Origin: Macrostomum lignano
Lineage: Eukaryota
Assembly: GCA_002269645.1 (NCBI GenBank)
Contig: NIVC01003384.1
Location: 36,300-100,299, forward strand
DNA: 64,000 bases
Direction of reading: 5' to 3'
Part shown: one piece after another, positions 24,801 through 39,189 of the stretch
Numbering within the stretch: position 1 is the first letter of the stretch
Layout of the letters: every line of letters begins with the position of its first letter
Program-made: the position numbers and the translations under genes
The notes under the pieces: generated by a model
Told to the model about the DNA's origin: nothing
The model's input: only the letters and a program-made list of their open reading frames with translations
The model's database searches: none

Positions 24801-27800
24801 GATCTGCTGGACCGATTCTCCTCAGTTTGCAGCGAAATCGAGCAAGTATTCAGCGTCCCCTATACTCGCCATCCGGTCAGCTCCGGTACCCTGGTGAGCC
24901 GTGGCTCCTCTCTGCTAACCGGATTGCCAACCTCCGTGTCACCGGGCGACACTCTCACCTATCGATTGATTGACAGTCGCGTATTGGGCTACGGTCTGTT
25001 CGGCGCCGCTCTGGATCATCCTCATCGGTCCTGCCTGTTGCGGGCTATGGCTACTGATGTCTCGCTTAAATTAGCTAGCGGCCAATTGAATCTATCCAAT
25101 CAATTATTGTCTGGCTATGTACCGAAGATTGGCGACCAAGTGTTGGCTAGGTGCGAGGGCTTCTGGCGTCGCGGTCGGGTGGCTTATTCTCACGATTCGG
25201 GCTTTTCATCTGCTAATAGCGGCCTTACCTATTGGGGAGTGCAGCTAACTGATATGGCTCGGATTGAGAAGGTTGCGTCCAATGATATCATCGATGTTAG
25301 CAGGTTAGTGTTCTTTTTTAGCCCGTGTTTTAACTACCTAGAACGTTCAGATCCTTCAGGTTCAGCTCTGATGCTTCAGGTTGAGCTCAGATCCTTCAGG
25401 TTGAGCTCAGATCCTTCACGTTCAGCTCCAATGCTTCAGGATCAGCTCCAATGCTTCAGGATCAGCTCCAATGCTTCAGGATCAGCTCCAATGCTTCAGG
25501 TTGAGCTCCAATGCTTCAGGTTGAGCTCCAATGCTTCAGGTTCAGCTCCAATGCTTCAGGATCAGCTCCAATGCTTCAGGTTGAGCTCCAATGCTTCAGG
25601 ATCAGCTCCAATGCTTCAGGATCAGCTCCAATGCTTCAGGATCAGCTCCAATGCTTCAGGTTGAGCTCCAATGCTTCAGGTTGAGCTCCAATGCTTCAGG
25701 ATCAGCTCCAATGCTTCAGGATCAGCTCCAATGCTTCAGGTTCAGCTCCAATGCTTCATGTCCAGTTCCAATGCTTCAGGATCAGCTCCAATGCTTCAGG
25801 TTGAGTTCCAATGCTTCAGGATCAGCTCCAATGCTTCAGGTTGAGCTCCAATGCTTCAGGTTGAGCTCCAATGCTTCAGGTTGAGCTCCAATGCTTCAGG
25901 TTGAGCTCCAATGCTTCAGGTTGAGCTCCAATGCTTCAGGATCAGCTCCAATGCTTCAGGATCAGCTCCAATGCTTCAGGATCAGCTCCAATGCTTCAGG
26001 TTGAGCTCCAATGCTTCAGGATCAGCTCCAATGCTTCCGCTTTAGCTCTGGTGTCTTATTATTGATATGCCATTTAGTACTTAAACCACTTATAACAAAA
26101 TCTTTTAAGTTATTAACACAAGCCCTCATTAACCTGAAATCCCCGTAGTACCCCAAACGGTTACGGCCGTTTCCCGGACATTCCTCAGCTGGCTATTCTC
26201 GCCTGCCTAGTTGAACCGTGCGAAAAGAGCCCGTTCGAGGACAGGGCTTGGCTGGCCCGCTGGCTGGCTGATCGCGGCGTCGACTTGCCCGACTGCGGCG
26301 GTGCAACGGCCGTCAAGCAGGACGACTTTGATGACGCTGCCAAGGGGCCGCCGGTTAGGATTCGGATCGTACGACAGATTGAATTCCGCCAGAAGTTGGC
26401 GCACCTGGTGCAGCTGTGGCCCTGCGGCACGGACGAGAGCGACAAGGATAAGGTTTGTGCGGTTTATTTAGCGACATCTTCGACATCATTCATCGACTCA
26501 TTTACCGACATATTCATCGACTCATTTTATCGACATATTCATCAACTCATTTACCGACATATTCATCGACTCATTTACCGACATATTCAATCATCGACTC
26601 ATTTACCGACATATTCATCGACTCATTTACCGACATATTCATCGACTCGTTTACCGACATATTCATCGACTCATTTATCGACATATTCTTCGACTCATTT
26701 ACCGACAGATTCATCGACTCTTTACCGACATATTCATCAACTCATTTATCGACATATTCTTCGACTCATTTATCGACATATTCTTCGACTCATTTACCGA
26801 CAGATTCATCGACTCATTTACCGACAGATTCATCGACTCATTTACCGACATATTCATCGACTCATTTACCGACATATTCATCGACTCATTTACCGACATA
26901 TTCATCGACTCATTTACCGACATATTCATCGACTCATTTACCGACATATTCATCGACACATTTACCGACATATTCATCGACTCATTTACCGACAGATTCA
27001 TCGACTCATTTACCGACATATTCATCGACTCATTTACCGACATATTCATCGACTCATTTACCGACATATTCATCGACACATTTACCGACATATTCATCGA
27101 CTCATTTACCGACATATTCATTGACTCATTTACCGACATATTCATCGATTCATTTACCGACATATTCATCGACACATTTACCGACAGATTCATCTACTCA
27201 TTTTATCGACATATTCATCGATTCATTTGTCGACATATTCAACAACGTCGACTAATTTTATCGACATATTCGACCTACTCGTAGATATAAATTGACTTAA
27301 GTATTAATCGATATGTATATATGGATTTTCAGCATTATATTAAGCGACAATTTGATGGATAAGTAAATCAAGCAAACTCAAAACAATCCTCCAGATCCAA
27401 GCCTGCTCAATCGACTTTGCAAACGAGTTGGAGCGTCAAAAGGAGGCTCAGGCAGCCGCGTCTCAGTCTGTCTGCCGCGACATCCGACTTGGCACGGATC
27501 CCACTGTCAGCTGCTCCAGGGCCATGTGCAATGCCCCAGCTGGTGAGTGTGTCCAGAGAGAGGGGCCCTCTAGGAGTGTATTGTGTCAGACTAGACAAGT
27601 GTTTTGCATTGACATTGACGCACAACCGGTGAGAGGCATTACTGCCCATTCGGCCGACTCCCCATAAGCAGGCACACGTACACAGTCATACGCACAGACA
27701 CACACAAGAGTGTACAGCCCTAACTTTATTTATCGTTAGGCATGTACACTTCACTGTGCCTTGGGGGTTGGTCAAGCCGAAAGTTCAATTTAGCCCCAAA

Positions 27801-29864
27801 TTAATGTGCCAGACCACTTTGCTACGGCCCACCCAGTCCTGCAAGTGATGTCTTTTGTAATTAGATCCGCCCTTAATTATTCCGTGAGAGTATTCTCTAT
27901 GATTTTAAAAAATCGCTAAATATCTGAAATAAATCGCCAAAAATCGTCCCTGGGAATAAATCGCCAATAATCACCCGGTCACCCCTGGGAATAAATCACA
28001 AATAATCACCCCTGGGAATAAATCGCCAATAATCGCCCTTGGGAATAAATCGCAAATAACCACCTTTGGGAATAAATCGCCAATAATCGCCCTTGGGAAT
28101 AAATCGCAAATAATCACCCCTGGGAATTAATCGCCAATAATCGCCCTTGGGAATAAATCGCAAATAACCACCCTTGGGAATAAATCGCCAATAATCGCCC
28201 TTGGGAATAAATCGCAAATAATCACCCCTGGGAATTAATCGCCAATAATCGCCCTTGGGAATAAATCGCAAATAATCGCCCTTGGGAATAAATCGCCAGT
28301 AATCACCCCTGGGAATAAATCGCCAATAATAACCCCTGGGAATAAATCGCAAATAATCACCCCTGGGAATAAATCGCAAATAATCACCCCTGGGAATAAA
28401 TCGCCCAAAATCACCCCTGGGAATAAATCGCCAATAATCACCCCTGGGAATAAATCACAAATAATCGCCCTTGAGAATAAATCGCAAATAATCGCCCTTG
28501 GGAATAAATCGCCAATAATCACCCTTGGGAATAAATCGCAAATAATCACCCCAGGGAATAAATCGCCAACAATCGCCCTCCAGAGGATCAACAGGCCATT
28601 GATTTCCGTCGCGAGCCAACGCAGATGGAGTCATCCAACCAGCAGCAGCAGCAGCAGCAGACTGAAGACAATCAGGCGGACAATGACGATGCCCCGCCCA
28701 GTACGGGAGGCTCCTGTCCGCCTGCCACTGCAGCTGTCCCCCAGCAGCAGTCTGCTGACCAGTTTCCGCCCTCTGCTCCAACTGTGGAGAACTGGGGAAA
28801 ATGTTCAAGCACCGAACCTGAGGTGCAGCAGCAACAGCCGATTGTAGTCCAGGAGCCTACTAGACGATGTATTAATAGGCCAACAGTTATCAAAGCGCTA
28901 TGCAATCAGCAGCAGATGTACGCGTACTATAATGATTATCGTTATAGTAATAAGGACAGACAGCCTAAGGACTTCTCCAATGCGTAAGCTTCTTATTGTG
29001 ATTGATGGGTTGGTGGGGCGGCTCTTTTTGAAGTTACCGCTGTTCGGGTGGTGGGTGGGGCGGCTCTATTTGAAGTTACCGCTGTTGGGGTGGTGGGTGG
29101 GCCGGCTCTTTTTGAAGTTAACGCTGTTGGGGTGGTGGGTGGACCGGCTCTATTTGAAGTTACCGCTATTGGGGTGGTGGGGCGGTGCCTCTCTTTAAAG
29201 TTACCGCTAATGGGGTGGTGGGGCGGTGCCTCTTTAAAGTTTTTAGATACTTATAGCACTCACCTTGAAGTAAGCGTTAATTATCTAGGGTTGTCTGTCT
29301 GTGAAGCTTTTAAAAAAATCAATACTGTTTTTCGTTTAAATTTCAGCCAATGCTTTTTCTGCATGCAGTTTGGCCACATTCAAGCCCACTGCAAATATCG
29401 GTGAGTCGCTCACAGCACTGCCCAATTAATATTTTATACCAAATATTAAAGTGTTTTAAATACATGTCTTGCACTGCAGCGAACTGGCTAGCGGAGTTCA
29501 GGGCCAATCCAGGCGCTTGCCTCTGCACCAGCAGCAGTCCTCCCACGCCTCCGTTAACCAGCCTGGCGAGGTCGACAATCCAAAACCGACAGACAGAACC
29601 GACGGCGAAGGCGGTCCCGACGAGCCGGCTGCGGCCGCTGCAGCGACTCCTGAAGTCGAACACCACGCCGGCTTTGACGGCAGCGACGGCGTCAGAAGGC
29701 GCAACAACAACAGCGGTCGCGCCGACGCCGACGCTGGCGAAACCGGCGCCGAAGTCAATGCCGACTCGTCGCGACGTCGTCAGCAGAGAAACGGCGGCGG
29801 CAAGTCGAAGTCGAGAAACAAGAAAGACGGCACTGGTTACAGAGGCACTGTGAGGCGCAAGTAG
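21822..29864 (+). CDS. B-box + coiled-coil + extended Tudor domain protein with Q-rich/low-complexity tail (~907 aa, 11 exons; Qin/Kumo/RNF17-like architecture)
   Basis: Phase-consistent GT-AG exons: 21822-21851, 21933-22202, 22306-22378, 22485-22573, 22666-22766, 23701-24034, 24714-25303, 26149-26452, 27395-27542, 28584-28983, 29480-29864 (2724 nt, open). B-box is CFIC-x8-CESC..CLHCFIKYH.....H. A helical segment follows (ELRNAWREKEDRLKF...ITRLEKL). The Tudor core is YVPKIGDQVLARCEGFWRRGRV...VQLTDMARIEKV, followed by an SN-like FPDIPQLAILACL. The start ATG is uncertain because an upstream acceptor exists at 21796. Confidence 0.8.
22815..23645. repeat. 21-bp minisatellite (TTCATTAGGCTACATCTATCC) in intron 5 of the Tudor gene, interrupted by a MITE
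   Basis: Directly visible. Confidence 0.95.
23322..23493. mobile_element. Second copy of the 172-bp palindromic P-like MITE, in opposite orientation, inserted into the minisatellite
   Basis: 8-bp TSD ATTAGGCT at 23314-23321 and 23494-23501. Ends are CATACATGCGCAAC and GTTGCGCCCAAGCATG. Confidence 0.9.
24052..24660. repeat. 21-bp intronic minisatellite (GTTGGGATCTGATTCCCCGTA)
   Basis: Directly visible; source of the NYGESDP and TTGNQIP pseudo-ORFs. Confidence 0.96.
25345..26037. repeat. 20-bp intronic minisatellite (CTCCAATGCTTCAGGWTSAG)
   Basis: Directly visible; starts ~40 bp after the donor at 25304. Confidence 0.96.
26480..27275. repeat. 24-bp intronic minisatellite (ATCGACTCATTTACCGACATATTC)
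   Basis: Directly visible. Confidence 0.96.
27930..28578. repeat. 27-bp intronic minisatellite (GGGAATAAATCGCCAATAATCRCCCYT); its last unit runs into the acceptor at 28583
   Basis: Directly visible; ends ...AATCGCCCTCCAG|AGGATCAA. Confidence 0.95.
29008..29236. repeat. 39-bp intronic minisatellite (GGTGGGTGGGGCGGCTCTWTTTGAAGTTACCGCTGTTGG)
   Basis: About 5-6 units visible. Confidence 0.9.
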
Positions 29865-30474
29865 GAAAAAAACCCCATTTTTTCGCAATTTAACTTCTTT
29901 GCACCAGCCCTCCTTTTCACCCTGTCCATGCTCAAAATCGGTGCATTGCATTTTGCCCAGTTGTGAGGCTTTTTTTGTCTTTAGTATCCAGGTCGCATTG
30001 CATAGCTCATACTACTGCTGTAAGACTGTCTGTCCAACAGTAGTATCGGGCACAAATTTATCATCAAAAAGAAAAATGCAGTTCTTTTTTCATAACAAGT
30101 TTTTCTAGAACTTTTTTCATTGACAACTAAAACTAAAACTAAGGCTACCTTCAGAACTATAATAAAGCACGGTGCTTCTCCAATTTGTTTTTGTTTCAGG
30201 GCGATTTTCTTTCAAACTAAATAGTAAATCTTATAGTACGAAATTGATTGTTAGTGTAAGTGTTTTAATTGCGATTTAATAAAATCTTGCAGCTTTTCAC
30301 GCTTTGGTTTTTTTGTTTCAATATAAATTTCCAAGGTCACAGCTCCCGTGTTCATTTGATTTTATTAAGCATAGAGATTATGCAAAAAAGCAGCATGCAC
30401 CCTCTTATGGCATCAAAGCCCCCTTTAACTCTCCCTATGATCTGCCTTGGCTTGGCCTACCCACAACTCCCAAT

Positions 30475-31676
30475 TGAGCCTTGACATCTCAACAATTCCC
30501 CCGTGAGCCTTGGCATCTCAGCAATTCCCCCCTGTGAGCCTTGGCATCTCAGCAATTCCCCATGAGCCTTGACATCTCAACAATTCCCCCCCCGTGAGCC
30601 TTGGCATCTCAGCAATTCCCCCCTGTGAGCCTTGGCATCTCAGCAATTCCCCCCTGTGAGCTTTGGCATCTCAACAATTCCCCCGTGAGCCTTGGCATCT
30701 CAGCAATTCCCCCCTGTGAGCCTTGGCATCTCAGCAATCCCCCCATGAGCCTTGACATCTCAACAATTCCCCCCGTGAGCCTTGGCATCTCAGCAATTCC
30801 CCCTGTGAGCCTTGGCATCTCAGCAATTCCCCCCTGTGAGCTTTGTCATCTCAACAATTCCCCCGTGAGCTTTGGCATCTCAGCAATTCCCCCTGTGAGC
30901 CTTGACATCTCAACAATTCCCCGTGAGCTTTGGCATCTCAGCAATTCCCCCGTGAGCCTTGGCATCTCAGCAATTCCCCGTGAGCCTTGGCACCTCAGCA
31001 ATCCCCCTGTTTGCCTTGGCATCTCAGCAATTCCCCCTGTGAGCCTTGGCATCTCAGCAATTCCCCCCTGTGAGCCTTGGCATCTCAGCAATTCCCCCCT
31101 GTGAGCCTTGACATCTCAACAATTCCCCCCTGTGTGCCTTGACATCTCAACAATTCCCCCGTGAGTTTTGGCATCTCAGCAATTCCCCCTGTGAGCCTTG
31201 ACATCTCAACGATTCCCCCGTGAGCTTTGGCATCTCAGCAATTCCCCCCTGTGAGCCTTGACATCTCAACAATTCCCCGTGAGCTTTGGCATCTCAGCAT
31301 TTCCCCCCGTGAGCTTTGGCATCTCAGCAATTCCCCCCGTGAGCCTTGGCATCTCAGCAATTCCCCCGTGAGCCTTGGCATCTCAGCAATCCCCCCTGTG
31401 AGCCTTGGCATCTCAGCAATCCCCACTGTGAGCCTTGGCATCTCAGCAATTCCCCCGTGAGCTTTGGCATCTCAGCAATTCCCCCGTGAGCCTTGGCATC
31501 TCAGCAATCCCCCTGTGAGCCTTGACATCTCAGCAACTCCCCCGTGAGCTTTGGCATCTCAGCAATTCCCCCCGTGAGATTTTGCATCTCAGCAATTCCC
31601 CCCGTGAGCCTTGACATCTCAGCAATTCCCCCGTGAGCTTTGGCATCTCAGCAATTCCCCCCGTGAGCCTTGGCAT
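30475..31676. repeat. ~29-31-bp minisatellite (GTGAGCCTTGGCATCTCAGCAATTCCCCC)
   Basis: Directly visible; the C-run length varies. Confidence 0.96.
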
Positions 31677-32164
31677 CGGGGAAAATAGGTTTGGCGCCCT
31701 CTCACAATAGTTTTGGCGCCCCTGCTGGCGCCTCCCACCGCAAGAAAAACTCAAATCTACATTTATGCTTGATTTAAACAATACCAAGCTTTCCAAACTG
31801 TGACACAGTCTGAGGTAAAGACTGAAAAGTCTTTTGGTTAAAGAGAAAAGGTGTACATGTACATGTAGGTATTCTCGCAAAAAATCTGTCTCGCAAGAAA
31901 GTTATAACAATCTGCATGACGACAAGTTTATGAAACTGAATTCAAATTTCAGCTCTGAGGTTTTAGTCTGCATCAAATGGTATACATGTTGGTTTATTAC
32001 TTAATCTTTAATTGTCACTGCTATTTTTTAATTTCTTAAAATTTTGGAATCGACGGGTAAGAGATGTCTGAGATGCATTATTAACAGTGGGTAAATTGCA
32101 TGGTGGCTTTCAGTTATGAAAAAACTCATTGACTGCATTTACATGTAAGAATCATTATCAGCAG

Positions 32165-32446
32165 AATACTGAATCACTGAGTCTGAGGCATTGGATCTGA
32201 ATCACTGAATCCAAGGCACTGAGTCTGAGGCATTGGATCTGAATCACTGAATCCAAGGCACTGAGTCTGAGGCATTGGATCTGAATCACTGAATCTGAGG
32301 CACTGAGTCTGAGGCATTGGATCTGAATCACTGAATCCAAGGCACTGAGTCTGAGGCATTGGATCTAAATCACTGAATCTGAGGCATTGGATCTGAATCA
32401 CTGAATCAAAGGCACTGAATCTGAGGAATTGAATCTGAGGCACTGA
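32165..32446. repeat. Compound CTGAGT/CTGAAT minisatellite (~45-bp units)
   Basis: Repeated CACTGAGTCTGAGGCATTGGATCTGAATCACTGAAT. Confidence 0.88.
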
Positions 32447-33201
32447 ATCCGTTCACTACTTTTAACAAATACATACACTGTATATTTTCTTTGGAGTAAA
32501 TTTGATCGAGAACTGTATTGTATTCCCTCACTTATTCTCCTGTAAGATAAGTCGTAGGTAAAGCATCAGGTAACCCTGTTTGTCTGTCCCCCCGGCCATT
32601 GAGTAGGCAAGAAGCTTATGGCAACGGGACACGTCCAGCTAATGTTGACGTGGAAACTATTTCATAGAGAATTGATTTATCAGGCTCAAGGCTTATATTT
32701 GAACGATCTAAATCTCCTTTCTCTCTCCCGCACTGCTCTGTAATGCAGTTAGGGATTAGAATTTTTTGGGAGCTCTGTCTGTCGTAGCTGCTGCCTAATC
32801 TCTTTCCCTTGACCCTGATTCCCAGATCCCGTCATCGAGAGGGGGCGGCGGCGGGACGAGCGAGGAGAGGAGAGGAGAGAAGAGGACGCGAGAAAAATTC
32901 CATCTCAAATCCCCACGGTTCATTTCGACCGGTTTCTCTTAACCGATCCCTAGCTCTCCTCCCCTCTCTCCCCTTCCCTCGCCGCCTTTCTAACCCGCGG
33001 TTTTCCACTGGATGCTCTCTGTTCCACACTGTACTTGTGTACGAACCCCGGCCCTCTGCAAGCTACGGTCTGTTCCCTCCCACTCCCGTCCGTCCACAAC
33101 TCCCCGGCCCATCTCCGACCAACTTCGAAGATTTATTCGTATCATTCTCTTTCGAAAGCCAGAGACAGTTTCTGCCACTTAAGCAGCTTTCCAATCCAGC
33201 C

Positions 33202-34383
33202 ATGAGCTCAGCGTCCAGTGCGAAACGGATGGTGCAGATACCCCCGGGCTTCAAGGACCTGCTGCAAGAGTTCGCTGTCGCTGTGCTCCGCGAAACTCCG
33301 CCGGATGTGGTCGACTTTGCCGTTGATTACTTCACTAAACTGCGCGAGCATCGAGAAGAGGACAGAGGCGACGACAATGACAACGAGGACAAGAACTCCG
33401 CCGATGGCGAGGGCGACTCTGACGTCGACGACGAACCAATTCAGGCGCCGCCGCCGCGTCGAGGAACCCGACGAGTAGCCGTGGCCGGCGAGAGTTTCGA
33501 CCCGGAGAAGGAGGACGACGACCCGACGCCGGTGGCCAACCACCCGAAGACCGAGGAGCAGCGGCAGCGCCTGAACGAGGCCATGAAACACATCCTGCTG
33601 TTCCGCTGTCTGGACGAGGACCAGGTACGTGACGTCATCAACGCGATGTTCGAGCGGCGCTGCGAGCCTGGCGAGAAGGTCATCACGCAGGGCGAGGATG
33701 GCGACAATTTCTACGTGATCGAATCGGGAGTCTACGACATTTACGTCCTGATCAACGGCCAGGACACCAAGGTCGGCCAGTACGATAACAAAGGCTCGTT
33801 TGGCGAGCTTGCCCTGATGTACAACGCTCCGCGGGCTGCCACCATCCAGTGCGCCTCACCCGGCAGCATCTGGGCGATGGACCGCGACACCTTCCGTCGT
33901 CTGGTCCTGAAGAAGGCCTTCCAGAAGCGAGTGATGTACGAGAACCTCATCGACTGCGTGCCGCTGCTCAAGCAGCTGGCGCCCTACGAACGGATGAGCA
34001 TCGCCGACGCGCTGAAATCGAAGATCTACGAGGACGGCGTGCAGATCATCAGGCAGGGCGACCCGGGCAACGAGATGTACTTCATCGAGGATGGCGAGGT
34101 GCGAATCACGCGGGACACCCAGGACGGCAGCGGGGAGAAGGAGCTGTCCAGACTGCACAAGGGCGGCTACTTCGGCGAGTTGGCCCTGCTGACAAAGCAG
34201 CCCCGAGCTGCCAACGTGTACGCCAGCGGCGGCAGGTGCAAAGTGGCCGTGCTGGATGTCGGGTCCTTCGAGCGCCTTCTCGGCCCCTGTCTGGACATCA
34301 TGCGGCGTTCCATTGACAGCTACAAGCAGCAGCTGGAGGCCATCTTTGGCAGCGTTGATGCTGTGCCCGACCTGCGAGCTTGA
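33202..34383 (+). CDS. PRKAR2: cAMP-dependent protein kinase regulatory subunit, type II-like, intronless (393 aa)
   Basis: RII-type D/D domain [36 protein letters not shown], hinge [14 protein letters not shown], and two CNB domains with intact phosphate-binding cassettes [15 protein letters not shown] and [18 protein letters not shown] 33202 (CCAGCCATGA) is preferred over the track's TTG 32809. The symbol is family-level only. Confidence 0.95.
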   Translation: MSSASSAKRMVQIPPGFKDLLQEFAVAVLRETPPDVVDFAVDYFTKLREHREEDRGDDNDNEDKNSADGEGDSDVDDEPIQAPPPRRGTRRVAVAGESFDPEKEDDDPTPVANHPKTEEQRQRLNEAMKHILLFRCLDEDQVRDVINAMFERRCEPGEKVITQGEDGDNFYVIESGVYDIYVLINGQDTKVGQYDNKGSFGELALMYNAPRAATIQCASPGSIWAMDRDTFRRLVLKKAFQKRVMYENLIDCVPLLKQLAPYERMSIADALKSKIYEDGVQIIRQGDPGNEMYFIEDGEVRITRDTQDGSGEKELSRLHKGGYFGELALLTKQPRAANVYASGGRCKVAVLDVGSFERLLGPCLDIMRRSIDSYKQQLEAIFGSVDAVPDLRA

Positions 34384-34825
34384 GCCTCTGGAATCTTCAT
34401 CAATTGTCCGTCGGTTTGAAGACTTCAAACAATCGTGTGTTGTCGCTTCACGTTTATCAGTAGGTTTAAGAAGCCCCTCAATACGTTCATTTTAAATGTT
34501 GACATAACTTTACAGTTTTATAGTGCTTTGTCCTTCACCTGTTAGCTAACTGGTATAGTCTGCTGTCTGACCCTCTAGTAGAAACCAATATTTTAAACTG
34601 CTGAATAATAACTCTTTGTTGTATGATAATTTTACAATCCTATTAGTCTTCATATTAGCCCATTTATTATAATTAACATATCGCAATAAACGTATTAAAA
34701 GTTTCACCAACCAAAACTGTTGCTTTGATAATAACTTTTTATAACTGAAATATTGCTTCAAGAAAAGTTTGATTAGCTTTTAAATATTTTTCGTAAATAA
34801 ATCTGTTGATTCAACGGAATCATTT

Positions 34826-37538
<2,713 letters not shown>

Positions 37539-37845
37539 CCCTGTTGTTATCTAAGGTAAGCGTTTGAAACGTATCAAATTTTGTAACATGCTTCGAAAAG
37601 CTACATGTGTGCACGCACTGATGACGTACACTTGGTTCGTAGGCTTACGAGAGTTTCATAACAGATATACATGTTAACACGAACACATACATGCAAGGTC
37701 GTAAAACGGTGTGACATTGCTAGCTCTTAAAAAGTTTTTTTTTCTAACACAGCCTCCGGATGTCGATTGATCTGCATAATTTGGTTTTGTTTCTGCTTCA
37801 AGTGGTTCAGCATGCAGGCAGGCAGGTGAGTGCACTCCAACACAG

Positions 37846-38443
37846 CTCAGAGCTACACCTGGTGCGAAGCCAACCGGCACTGCGCATCGATCGGTGGCGA
37901 GCTCATCAACTCGTACGAGTCGATCAAGCAGCTCAAGAGCTGCAACATCCCCATAGCCATTACGCCATTAGTGATCGCAATCTCCGGATTGGCCTGAACT
38001 CTCTGGCTGACTTCCGAGGGAACAGCCCAGCTGGCTGGCAGAGGGTCAATGGAAAAGGAGTTTTCCCGAGTGACAGCTCTTCCCGAGTGATTCCGATTCC
38101 GATTCCGATTCCGATTCCGAGATCCCGAGTGATTCCTGTGCGAATTCGTTAATCCGCCAAGGCCGTTGGATTCGAACAAATGGACAAAGACCCCGATTGA
38201 TCATACGATTTTTGCCCCTCGCGAAGTGATGTGACTGCAGACTACTGCTTTGATGACCTGCATGGTGTGCAGAGTGAAATGCACTGCATCAAGAAGGCCG
38301 CCACTAGTAGGTATCCAAGCAGCTGCAGACACGTGCTGTACAACCGCAAGCAGGAAATTTGCCGCCTGCTGCTGTTTGCTGACGCCCAGGTGGAAAAGGA
38401 GATCGCGACCAGTGCCGATTGGGTCAAATACCGCCTGGCCTAA
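37846..38443 (+). pseudogene. C-type-lectin-like plus PAN/apple-like coding fragments with frame disruptions
   Basis: One frame gives QSYTWCEANRHCASIGGELINSYESIK (CTLD start). The next segment, in another frame, gives LRIGLNSLADFRGNSPAGWQRVNG (WIGL...W.W.DG-like). 38231-38443 gives CFDDLHGVQSEMHC...SCRHVLYNRKQEICRLL (PAN-like C..C..YN...C.L). No single open frame joins them. Confidence 0.4.
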
Positions 38444-39189
38444 TCAAAGCTATCATCTTTGTTTTAATCGTCTAGTGAACACGATTTAAAATCGAGATCC
38501 ATCGAATGATGAATTGAATGAAATACTGAAACTTAATTAAATATTAAAACGAAGTTTTAGAGAGATCTGGATAAAACCTGGAAGGAGTTTTTTCTGCAGT
38601 AAAAAAATAAAAACATTCGTTTTTTGCTAACCGTACGGCCCAAAAAATTCCGCTTTTTGCCTTGTTAAGTGATATTTTTCCTCTTTAAATTAGTATAATT
38701 GGTATATATATATATATCCTCTTATCAGTTTTGGCTTTAAAACTTTTTAAACTTAGCACTTAGTAGTGTTTTGTTCAGCTAAAACGCTAACTTTATTCTT
38801 CAGTTTCATTCATACTTTATTTCTACTGTAAGCGACTGTTCTACTATTTTTACTATCCACAAATATTATATTATATCACATATTATATAGCTATAAGTCT
38901 TACTCTCAATGTAATTTGCAGCTGTAGTATCCACAAGCTGTATTACTTTTACATGCAGTGTAAAAGCATGACCTACGAGTAAAATATGCAACCGCGGTCG
39001 CGAATACTAAACCTGCACCTAGATTGAAGCCATAATAGTCGTTTTAAGTAAGTATAAGCATTAATTTTGGTAATTGTTGATAATTTCATGGTATTATAGG
39101 AGCATAAATATACAGGTGTACTGTAGCTTATATATATATTTATAAATATGTGTACGTCATAAATAACTAGCTAGTTATAATTGCACATT

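Noticed and set aside
26189-26452. Acceptor at 26188 (TTCCTCAG) for Tudor-gene exon 8
   Set aside because: It gives phase 0 while the upstream donor is phase 2. The acceptor at 26148 restores the frame and the eTudor FPDIPQLAI motif.
32809-33201. 131-aa N-terminal extension of PKA-R from the TTG start in the ORF track
   Set aside because: It is low-complexity GA/CT-rich leader with no homology. ATG 33202 sits just before the D/D domain, as in known R subunits.
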